NCBI GenBank assembly: GCA_965209085.1
Contig: OZ242376.1
Span: 1,408,001-1,472,000, forward strand
Source of the DNA: Nitrosopumilaceae archaeon
GTDB taxonomy: Archaea; Thermoproteota; Nitrososphaeria; Nitrososphaerales; Nitrosopumilaceae
Direction of reading: 5' to 3'
Length of the DNA stretch: 64,000 bases
The position numbers and the translations under genes were made by a program. Below, piece by piece: positions 51,446 to 59,170 of this stretch. The notes under the pieces are model-generated. The model saw only the letters and a list, made by a program, of their open reading frames with translations, was not told the DNA's origin and searched no databases. How positions within the stretch are numbered: the stretch's first letter is position 1; each line of letters begins with the position of its first letter.

Positions 51446-52412
51446 AAACCCACCATCCCACATAAGAGAGTGCTGCAATTACGGGCAGTACAAACATGAC
51501 GCAGAAAATTAACGCGCATGTTTTCATAATGCGTAAAGCATCCCGGATATGCGCCGTGTTTAGCGGTTTGTTCCCCCCGCATATTGTATAATGGCCTGAT
51601 TTTTCAAGCGTAACGCAAAGTGCCCCGGCAAGTGCTGCCATCGGATACCCAGCGTTTATACTCTGCGTGCACGAGCTGTGTTTTCTCATTATCTTGTATG
51701 AATTTTTCCAGTCCATTCCAAGCAAGGCCGCAGAGAAGATCATAGCATATGCTGTAAGTCTTGATGGAAGATAGTTTAGTATTGTATCACATACGGCTGC
51801 AAATCGTCCAAGATTTAAAAAAATTCCGTTTTTGTATCCAATCATGGAATCTGCCGTGTTTATCGCCCGGTATACAAATGCGCCGGGCAATCCAAAGAAT
51901 GCAAAATAAAACATCGGTCCGGTTATCCCATCAGATGTATTCTCAGAGACGCTCTCAAGTGTTCCAGATACCAAATGTTCGTATTGCAGATTTCCGGTAC
52001 GGCGTTTTACAATCATGGCAAGATTCCCCCTGGCGCATTTTATGTCTCCAGCGTCCAGGGATTCAATTACACGTGTTGCATGCGCCTGCATTCCACGCAC
52101 GGCAATTGTGCTCTTTAACAACAGTATGCTAGAAATTGTCAAAACCAGCACCATTGCAGCACCTTTTAGCAATGCTGATACGGCATACTCTAGTGCAAAC
52201 AGCAGCGATGCGACCATAACGCATACTCCCATGACGCCTACAGCGCCCAGTAGCAGTTCTTCGCGCATTTTACCTGTTCTAAAATGCGGAATTATTTCAC
52301 CGTATATTCGGCCCATCCATGCAGTGGGATGGTATCTGCTTGGCGGATCTCCAAATAACATGTCAAGTGCCAGCGCAGATACTGCCACAATGGCTGCATA
52401 TTCTGGAATCAT
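51438..52412 (-). CDS. cbiB: Adenosylcobinamide-phosphate synthase
   Basis: GDPP..HP, ESVSENTSDG, NTADSMIGY, NAGYP. Confidence 0.93.
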   Translation of the reverse strand: MIPEYAAIVAVSALALDMLFGDPPSRYHPTAWMGRIYGEIIPHFRTGKMREELLLGAVGVMGVCVMVASLLFALEYAVSALLKGAAMVLVLTISSILLLKSTIAVRGMQAHATRVIESLDAGDIKCARGNLAMIVKRRTGNLQYEHLVSGTLESVSENTSDGITGPMFYFAFFGLPGAFVYRAINTADSMIGYKNGIFLNLGRFAAVCDTILNYLPSRLTAYAMIFSAALLGMDWKNSYKIMRKHSSCTQSINAGYPMAALAGALCVTLEKSGHYTICGGNKPLNTAHIRDALRIMKTCALIFCVMFVLPVIAALSYVGWWVYV

Positions 52413-53236
52413 TTCAGCATCCTCTCGATTGCCGCAATGTTTACGTTTTTGCGTACAATTTTGGCAATGTTTTCAATATTTCTCTCCAATGCATCACCGT
52501 TTTTCAATACGGAATTAAAAGATCCGCCCAAAGAGTCCTCCTCTGGCAGATTTGTTTTCACATACGGTACAAGACCCAGTACCGGTATGCCAATGAGTCT
52601 ATGCAGGCGAGCAAATCCTGGCTCTAGTATTTTTTTATCGCCCCGAAATTTGTTAAATATGCATCCTTTAACCAAATTCCTGTGTTTTTTTTGCAGCAAC
52701 TGCATCGTTCCGACAAGGCTTGCAAACGATCCGCCTCTGTCAATATCTGTAACAAGCAGCGTGGGAGTTTTCATAATGTTTGCAATACGCATGTTTGCAA
52801 TGTCATATTTTTGCAGATTTATCTCGGCCGGAGACCCGGCACCTTCTATTATTACAAGATCGTACAACTTGCAGAGTCTCTTTAGCGCAGCTGTTGCATG
52901 TTCGAATCCTTTTTTTGGTGCAAATTCATAGTATTCTTTTGCACTCATGATATTGCGGCGTTTTCCATCAACGTATACCGTACTGGAATTATCACTTTTT
53001 GGTTCCAATACGATCGGATTCATATCAGAGTTAGGTTTTATTCCCGCCGCAATTGCCTGAAGTGCCTGCGCCTGGGAAATTAAGAATCCATCCCCCCTGT
53101 ACGTAAAACGTGACATGTTTTGGGATTTAAAGGGTGCAACAGAATATCCCATTTTATGAAATAACCTACACATTGCCGCTACCAGCGTGGTCTTGCCCAC
53201 ATTGGAAGATGTGCCCTGCACCATGAGCGTATTCAT
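52409..53236 (-). CDS. cbiP: Cobyric acid synthase, synthetase domain only (275 aa)
   Basis: QGTSSNVGKT, PFKSQNMS, EGAGSPAEINL, DIDRGG, PEEDS; no glutaminase domain. Confidence 0.9.
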   Translation of the reverse strand: MNTLMVQGTSSNVGKTTLVAAMCRLFHKMGYSVAPFKSQNMSRFTYRGDGFLISQAQALQAIAAGIKPNSDMNPIVLEPKSDNSSTVYVDGKRRNIMSAKEYYEFAPKKGFEHATAALKRLCKLYDLVIIEGAGSPAEINLQKYDIANMRIANIMKTPTLLVTDIDRGGSFASLVGTMQLLQKKHRNLVKGCIFNKFRGDKKILEPGFARLHRLIGIPVLGLVPYVKTNLPEEDSLGGSFNSVLKNGDALERNIENIAKIVRKNVNIAAIERMLK

Positions 53237-54312
53237 ACGGATTTTAACGCCTCCAAGAGTTTGAGGTTTTCTGTCCGGGTTTTTACCGCGATGCGTATGT
53301 GATGGGCGCATAAAGCGCCAAAAGAGGTGCAGTCACGCACGAGTATTTTACGTTCTGCAAGTTTTCTCCAGAGTGTACGCGATTCATACCTTGTACGCAC
53401 AAGTATAAAATTAGCTGACGGGTTTGGCACGCATTTGTATCCGTCTATTTTGTTTATGTTTTTCTGTAGAAATTCTGATTCTTTTTTTATCAGACGGTGC
53501 GCCTTTTTCAAATGCGTTTTGTATGAGGATACTGCAGCGCATGCTGCCATTTGTGCCAAAACTGAAACGTTCCACGGCATGGAGGTACGGTTTAACAAAT
53601 CAGCCATGGTTTTGTTTGCAATACTGTATCCTGCCCGGACTCCTGGAATTGCAAATGATTTTGTAAGTGAACGCAGTACAAAGAGGTTTTTTCTTTTTGG
53701 TGCGTAAAGTGCAACCGATCTGCTTTTTCCTGGTACAATTTCTATAAACGATTCATCCACAAACAAAATAGACGATTTTGATTCTGCCTCATTGGCAATA
53801 TACAGCACGTGTTCTTTCTCTAACAGCTCGCCTGTGGGATTGTTCGGGTTACATACGAATATGCATCCGTTTTTTGGCATTACTTTTGAAAATTTCTCCA
53901 GATTTTCTCCAAGATTCATTGCGGTAAATTTTGTTACGCGATGACCTGCAAGCGATGCTGCGGATTCATATTCGGAGAATGTGGGATTTACCACGCATAT
54001 ATTGGAATTTTCCGGCAATACGTTGCTGCAAAATCTGTATATGATTTCAGTTGCCCCGTTGCCAACTGCAATTGTATTTGCACGCGTTCCCACATACGAT
54101 GCTAGACATTCTTTCATTTTCCTCGAGTCAGGATCAGGGTATTTTTCAGCTTTTGTGAGTGCAGAACGCATGGCGTGGGCTACTTTTGGTGGAGGCCCCC
54201 CCGGAAGTACGTTTGAGCTAAAATCAACCATGCCCTTTCGCATATCCCTAATGGAGAACAATCCTCCGTGTTTTTCCCGCATGTGCGCTGCCGCCCTGTT
54301 GGAGAGTTTCAT
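53233..54312 (-). CDS. cobD: Threonine-phosphate decarboxylase (PLP-dependent)
   Basis: HGG, DFSSN, NPNNPTG, DESF, SLTKSFAIPGVRAGY. Confidence 0.85.
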   Translation of the reverse strand: MKLSNRAAAHMREKHGGLFSIRDMRKGMVDFSSNVLPGGPPPKVAHAMRSALTKAEKYPDPDSRKMKECLASYVGTRANTIAVGNGATEIIYRFCSNVLPENSNICVVNPTFSEYESAASLAGHRVTKFTAMNLGENLEKFSKVMPKNGCIFVCNPNNPTGELLEKEHVLYIANEAESKSSILFVDESFIEIVPGKSRSVALYAPKRKNLFVLRSLTKSFAIPGVRAGYSIANKTMADLLNRTSMPWNVSVLAQMAACAAVSSYKTHLKKAHRLIKKESEFLQKNINKIDGYKCVPNPSANFILVRTRYESRTLWRKLAERKILVRDCTSFGALCAHHIRIAVKTRTENLKLLEALKSV

Positions 54313-54460
54313 GAGGTTTCTTTTATTTTGCCGATTTAGTATGTTGTGTTTTCCAAGGTGCACGGATTGGCTTTGAAGTCATGATATGCAAACGTAATAC
54401 AGGTACCAGGTTTTGCCTGAATTTGTCATTCGCTTAAATTCAAATTTTTGTACATATGGT

Positions 54461-54649
54461 ATGCCAGATGAATCATGCAGATGTTGCGGAGGTTCGTTAG
54501 TTGATCGCAAATTATGTAAAAAATGCTTCCAAAGCACATCCGAGATGTGTACTGAATGCGGAAGTCACACTTTGGAGAAATTTCACATCATGTGCAATAT
54601 CTCAGACAATGACGTACAAGTGTGCCAAACCCGTGCAAGTGTGATTTAA
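54461..54649 (+). CDS. Small Cys-rich zinc-ribbon protein (62 aa)
   Basis: CRCCGG...CKKC...CTECG...HIMC. Confidence 0.7.
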   Translation: MPDESCRCCGGSLVDRKLCKKCFQSTSEMCTECGSHTLEKFHIMCNISDNDVQVCQTRASVI

Positions 54650-54658
54650 AATCCAAGA

Positions 54659-56485
54659 CTAGATTCTTCGTTTTTCGCGGGAAATACTGTCTTTGTTTTG
54701 GTTTGAACCCTCGTTATTTCCAGAATCCTTCTTTTCGGATTTGTCCTGGCGGTCATATCGCCCTCCACTGTGTTCGGATCCTCGATCATCGCTCCTGTTA
54801 AAACGTCCGCCGCTGCGATCTGATCCTCTCTCAAATCTGCCGCCGCTGCTACCTCTATCAGGGCGTCCGCCGTCCCGTCCAGAACCTCTACTTTCAAATC
54901 TGCCGCCGCTACTGCCTCTATCAGGGCGTCCGCCGTCCCGTCCAGAACCTCTACTTTCAAATCTGCCGCCGCTACTGCCTCTATCAGAGCGTCCGCCGTC
55001 CCGTCCAGAACCTCTACTTTCAAATCTGCCGCCGCTACTGCCTCTATCAGGGCGTCCGCCGTCCCGTCCAGAACCTCTACTTTCAAATCTGCCGCCGCTA
55101 CTGCCTCTATCAGGGCGTCCGCCATCGCGTCCAGGACCTCTGCGTTCAAATCTGCCGCCGCTACTGCCTCTATCAGAGCGTCCGCCGTCCCGTCCAGAAC
55201 CTCTACTTTCAAATCTGCCGCCGCTGCTGCCTCTATCAGGGCGTCCGCCATCGCGTCCTGGACCTCTGCGTTCAAATCTTCGATTATCATGTCCAAAACC
55301 TCCACGACCACCGCCGCGTCCGAATCCGCCGCGCGATACCTGGCGTTTTAGAGGATCCGGTATGTCAACTTTTATTCCCATCTCTTTATTCAGATCAGTC
55401 ATCTCTACCTTTACTTTTCTTTTTATCATCTCAAAATCCGGTGCAGACGAGTATGATACTAGTGTTATCGCCTTGCCTTTTTCACCCGCCCGTGCCGTTC
55501 TTCCGATACGGTGAAAGTAAATCATCTCCTGGTTTGGTATGTCATAGTTTATCACCAGAGCTACGTGCGGAACATCTATGCCTCTAGCTGCCACATCAGT
55601 TGCCACCAATATGTCAGCTTTGCCAGTTCGGAATTTTGTCATGGACTGTTCCCGTCTGTGCTGTGACATGTCACCTTCTATGGCTACTGCGTCAAAGCCC
55701 ATTTTTCGAAGATCGTGTGTAACATCCCTGGTACGGTATTTTGTAGAACAAAATACAATTGACTGCATTGTGCCATTTTTCTTTATAAAATCTACTAGAT
55801 GATCCATTTTTTCTTTGTCTCGTATAACCAGAAATGACTGATCTATTCCCTCGCCGCTTAAATCGTCGTTGTCAAGCAGAAACTGTTTTGGATTTCTCAG
55901 ATAATTCTCTGCCAATCTTAAAATTTCAACTGGCATGGTAGCTGAGAAAAGCGAAACCACTTTTTCTTCCGGTGTGAGATCCATGATAAACTGTATGTCG
56001 TCTATAAATCCCATATCCAGCATGGTATCTGCCTCATCCAATACCATGTATGAGATATCGTCCAAATTGACAGAGCCGCGTTTTAAATGATCTATGAGCC
56101 TGCCAGGTGTTGCTACAAGAATTTCCACTCCGCGTTTTATTGCATCCAGTTGCGGCCCCATGCTTTGCCCGCCATATATGGTAGTCACTCGCAGTTTGGT
56201 ATATTTTGCAAATTTTTCAATTTCAACAGATATCTGGTTTGCAAGCTCTCTAGTTGGAGCAATTACAAGTCCTTGAATTCCAGATCCTGGCTGTAATCTT
56301 TCAATCATGGATATAGCATATGCGGCAGTTTTGCCAGTTCCAGTATGAGCTTGTCCTATTACGTCACGACCAGTAAGTAAAACAGGTATGGCAGCTTGCT
56401 GTATTGGAAACGCCTCTTCAAAACCATTTTCGTCGAGCGCGGCGATTATCTGCTCTCCGATTCCCATATCTCTAAATGTTGTCAT
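54659..56485 (-). CDS. DEAD-box RNA helicase with a long RGG/SR-rich repetitive tail
   Basis: Q motif, TGTGKT, PTRELA, DEAD, SAT, HRIGRTAR. Confidence 0.96.
   Translation of the reverse strand: MTTFRDMGIGEQIIAALDENGFEEAFPIQQAAIPVLLTGRDVIGQAHTGTGKTAAYAISMIERLQPGSGIQGLVIAPTRELANQISVEIEKFAKYTKLRVTTIYGGQSMGPQLDAIKRGVEILVATPGRLIDHLKRGSVNLDDISYMVLDEADTMLDMGFIDDIQFIMDLTPEEKVVSLFSATMPVEILRLAENYLRNPKQFLLDNDDLSGEGIDQSFLVIRDKEKMDHLVDFIKKNGTMQSIVFCSTKYRTRDVTHDLRKMGFDAVAIEGDMSQHRREQSMTKFRTGKADILVATDVAARGIDVPHVALVINYDIPNQEMIYFHRIGRTARAGEKGKAITLVSYSSAPDFEMIKRKVKVEMTDLNKEMGIKVDIPDPLKRQVSRGGFGRGGGRGGFGHDNRRFERRGPGRDGGRPDRGSSGGRFESRGSGRDGGRSDRGSSGGRFERRGPGRDGGRPDRGSSGGRFESRGSGRDGGRPDRGSSGGRFESRGSGRDGGRSDRGSSGGRFESRGSGRDGGRPDRGSSGGRFESRGSGRDGGRPDRGSSGGRFERGSDRSGGRFNRSDDRGSEHSGGRYDRQDKSEKKDSGNNEGSNQNKDSISREKRRI
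54831..55279. repeat. Coding tandem repeat, 7 x 63 bp plus a partial unit
   Basis: TCAAATC recurs at 54831, 54894, 54957, 55020, 55083, 55146, 55209 and 55272; encodes FE(S/R)RG(S/P)GRDGGR(P/S)DRGSSGGR. Confidence 0.97.
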
Positions 56486-56578
56486 ATTTTTACTCTGGCA
56501 ATGACAGAAAGCTCATTGCGCAGTCTGTCATATTTCCAAATGTTGTTCTTATATGCTGACTAATAAACGCTTATAATT
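56486..56578 (-). promoter_or_regulatory. DEAD-box helicase promoter and structured ~60-nt 5' leader
   Basis: TATA-like TTATAAGC at ~56569-56576; perfect inverted repeat ATGACAGA (56501-56508)/TCTGTCAT (56524-56531). Confidence 0.55.
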
Positions 56579-56635
56579 TGAATCTGTGAGGTTATCGTGC
56601 ATTTCCACGCCTAAATTTCTTAAAATTCTAGATCG

Positions 56636-56804
56636 CTATTTTTTCCATATTACCCTAACTACCACTAGGCTAATCAAAGCTGTCAACGAGAACGTCATAA
56701 CTACCACCATTAATCTTGCCAATCCGTCAAATCCAAAATATGCCATGGGTATGCCTATGATCTGACTGAATGAAAATTATGAATGTTTTTTTTCCTTTGC
56801 CCAT
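56636..56804 (-). pseudogene. Frameshifted small two-TM membrane protein
   Basis: MGKGKKTFIIFI, then in a shifted frame SQIIGIPMAYFGFDGLARLMVVVMTFSLTALISLVVVRVIWKK*. Confidence 0.45.
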
Positions 56805-56844
56805 AAAGTATGACTTTATCATACCTTTTTTTAATCATACCTAC

Positions 56845-57875
56845 ACCATAACGGCCATTATTGACAAGATTGAACGGAACGAGAAACGATTAGAATCAAT
56901 GCAAAACGAGATTGATGCAAAAAACAGAATGATTGAATCCCTTCTTCAACGCCATCGATCATGCTATGAAAACTCAAACACTCCGTCTTCAAGCAGGTCT
57001 TTGCAGCAAAAAGAGTAAAAACATGACACGTATTGCACGTGAAATCGGAGATCTACCTCCAAAGGGCAAAGCCAGAAGGAAAACAAGGATACAGATGTAT
57101 CTTGCATAAACACAATCCATCAAGTATTGTAAGACATGATGTAGAAAAAATCAGATGTGTATGCAGTTCCAGGATGAAATACTCACATACGATGACCCAA
57201 GATATGTTGGACTACAAACAATCTGTTGCAGTTGAAACGCCACGAGATCGAGGTTCTCGTCTGTCCGAATTGCAATTGAATGCATAAAGCAGAAAACGAT
57301 CTGCCAAGAATGGGATCGTACGGTGAGAACATTGTGGCATTTATCGGACAGTGTAGAGCAGAAAGACTGCCCATGCATGCAATTCCAAACATGGTAAAAC
57401 AGTATGCAGTATAACAATCGTAACATCCACAGTATCCAACGTACTCTCAAATATTACAGATTCAATGGAAAATGACGCCAAATCCATCACAAACGAGGTA
57501 ACAATCTCACCCCATGTTCATATCGATGAGACATCGTACAGTTTGGATGGAGATCTTGTATGGATATTGGCATTGATGCACAAAAACACGGTGGCAATGA
57601 TCATGAACAAGAGCCGCGGCGTGTACGTAATGGATTCGTATATGGACAAATAAGATGATATTGTGATAACTGACGGATACAATGTGTACAAAAGATTTGA
57701 TTCTGGCAGTATGCATCAGCGGTGCAGGGTTCATGAAATACATGAGGCAAAACATGTAGGCATGTATGCAGGGCGGCGTGATTCTATGATGAGGATGTCA
57801 AACTTTCTTACCTGCATTTGGACATGGAAAATGCAGGGCAAAAGCGTGTTTGACGAGGTGTTGGCTATTGTTTAA
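56845..57875 (+). mobile_element. Degraded IS66-family transposase
   Basis: Coiled coil + YENSNTPSS, HIDETSY..VWI, ITDGYNVY..HQRC.VH, TCIWTWKMQG; multiple stops/frameshifts and an internal deletion. Confidence 0.82.
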
Positions 57876-57938
57876 TAGGTAAATTCATACGAATAAATGG
57901 CAAACGTTGATATAAAATGCAAGCTTGCATACTTGCGA

Positions 57939-58151
57939 TTAAAGTTTTAAGCCCAATTCTCGTATTATATCATTAACATAAATTGTAGGTAACATTCGTT
58001 CATATTGAAAATATCTAGTTTTATTATTTTCAGGATTACTAATTATCAATTTGTTACTCGCATTAGTGGGATTTGGGTTTTGACTGATATTTCCTCCTAA
58101 TACTGTAAGAAGATTATAAGCCTCATGTCCGCTAATCCATTCGTCTCCCAA
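57939..58151 (-). CDS. HicA-like small protein (toxin fold, catalytic GSH motif not seen)
   Basis: ISGHEAYNLLTVLG...LPTIYVNDIIRELGL fits the HicA pattern; overlaps the HicB-like gene. Confidence 0.5.
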   Translation of the reverse strand: MGDEWISGHEAYNLLTVLGGNISQNPNPTNASNKLIISNPENNKTRYFQYERMLPTIYVNDIIRELGLKL

Positions 58152-58350
58152 TTTTAATCACTTTTGACTCCTCTAGTTCTTTACCTTCTTTATTCATATA
58201 TTTGAGATAAAAATCAACACCTTCTTCTAAATTCTGTTTTAATTTATCATCCGTTTTTGCAAATACTGAAACTGCAGGATATTCTGCACATTTTCCTATA
58301 CAATAACCATCGTATGATTTCTTAATCATGTGGATGTCATTATTACTCAT
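58132..58350 (-). CDS. HicB-like antitoxin
   Basis: DGYCIGKCAEYPAVSVFAKTDDKLKQNLEEGVDFYL; GAGGTG Shine-Dalgarno upstream of the ATG. Confidence 0.7.
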   Translation of the reverse strand: MSNNDIHMIKKSYDGYCIGKCAEYPAVSVFAKTDDKLKQNLEEGVDFYLKYMNKEGKELEESKVIKIGRRMD

Positions 58351-58418
58351 ATTTTGCTGCACCTCTGTAAATAACCCACCATGTTTACATTTAAACTAAG
58401 CGATCAGCATTTTTAATC

Positions 58419-58471
58419 CAATCGAAAGAAGATCCATAATCATGCCTATACACCGATAAGTTCATAGAACC
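58419..58471 (+). repeat. End-repeat copy C
   Basis: CAATCGAAAGAAGATCCATAATCATGCCTATACACCGATAAGTTCATAGAACC. Confidence 0.78.
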
Positions 58472-58702
58472 ATAATTTGAACTGCGAACACGTTTGTCTC
58501 ACAGTTACAGTGAGATACGCTGTAAACGGCCCACGGATGCACAGCATAAATCCGGTTTAATTGAATTTTAATAAATCTGTGCGATTTCTCAAAATGAGCA
58601 AATCTTCTGCAATCCCCATCATCATGATTTAATGCATCATCTCATATGGGAACGAACTGGGACGAATACGCTTTATAATGTACCATCGGTGCACAGATTT
58701 AT

Positions 58703-58777
58703 GCCAATGTAGCTCAGCCTGGCTAGAGCATTCGCCTTGTAAGCGAAAGGTCGAGGGTTCAAAGCCCTCCATTGGCT
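58703..58777 (+). tRNA. tRNA-Thr(TGT)
   Basis: GCCAATG/CATTGGC, TTCGC-CTTGTAA-GCGAA, GAGGG-TTCAAAG-CCCTC. Confidence 0.95.
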
Positions 58778-58885
58778 TAAACTATGATAAAACAACAGAT
58801 TTGTCGTTATTCTTGTATTGAATCGACAGTCATATACGCAGTACAGGTATGTTCAGTTTTTATATCATTAAAGATAACATGTGGC

Positions 58886-59095
58886 ATGAAATTTCGCAGA
58901 ATCAAGCCAAAAAAACTCAAGGTGCTTACGCTCATGTTTTTTGGTACGGGAGGTCTTGGCATAATAATGGGACTGCGTTCGGGGGATTTTAACATGACGT
59001 CCATTGGAACAAGTTTTATCTGCATAGGGGGATTTATCGGGTGGATGTTTCTTACAGGCAAACACGATCGCGATCCGCGTAAGAGGAAAAAATAA
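58886..59095 (+). CDS. Small two-TM membrane protein
   Basis: Basic termini flanking two hydrophobic helices; TATA-like TTTATAT upstream. Confidence 0.7.
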   Translation: MKFRRIKPKKLKVLTLMFFGTGGLGIIMGLRSGDFNMTSIGTSFICIGGFIGWMFLTGKHDRDPRKRKK

Positions 59096-59170
59096 TTTAC
59101 AGACGGGTTAATGAATGATTTTTATCGATTTATTGGAACACTTTTTTATGTACATATATGAACCCAAATC

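Larger units (their letters stand above)
56583..58471. mobile_element. Second AT-rich island bounded by the same end-repeat family
   Basis: Copy C (58419-58471) matches copy B at 40/53 positions without gaps; a degenerate inverted copy lies at 56583-56637. Confidence 0.55.

Noticed and set aside
54831-55279. 63-bp periodic array as a CRISPR array
   Set aside because: Units are contiguous and near-identical with no unique spacers, lie in frame within the helicase, and no cas genes are present.
2763-55514. Many long antisense or overlapping ORFs (e.g. 2763-3596, 17914-18783, 24438-25607, 54693-55514)
   Set aside because: They mirror well-conserved genes, have no recognisable motifs, and are typical codon-bias shadows.
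58412-58459. FNPIERRS read as an IS630 NPIE motif in repeat copy C
   Set aside because: The frame and motif are not kept in copies A and B, and no other IS630 motifs are nearby.
58571-58702. 12-bp inverted repeat ATAAATCTGTGC/GCACAGATTTAT around the tRNA-Thr promoter (invertible promoter?)
   Set aside because: A single short pair with no invertase nearby; plausible by chance in 64 kb.
56583-58777. tRNA-Thr as the att site of an integrase-type island
   Set aside because: No duplicated tRNA fragment and no integrase; the island lies on the tRNA 5' side.
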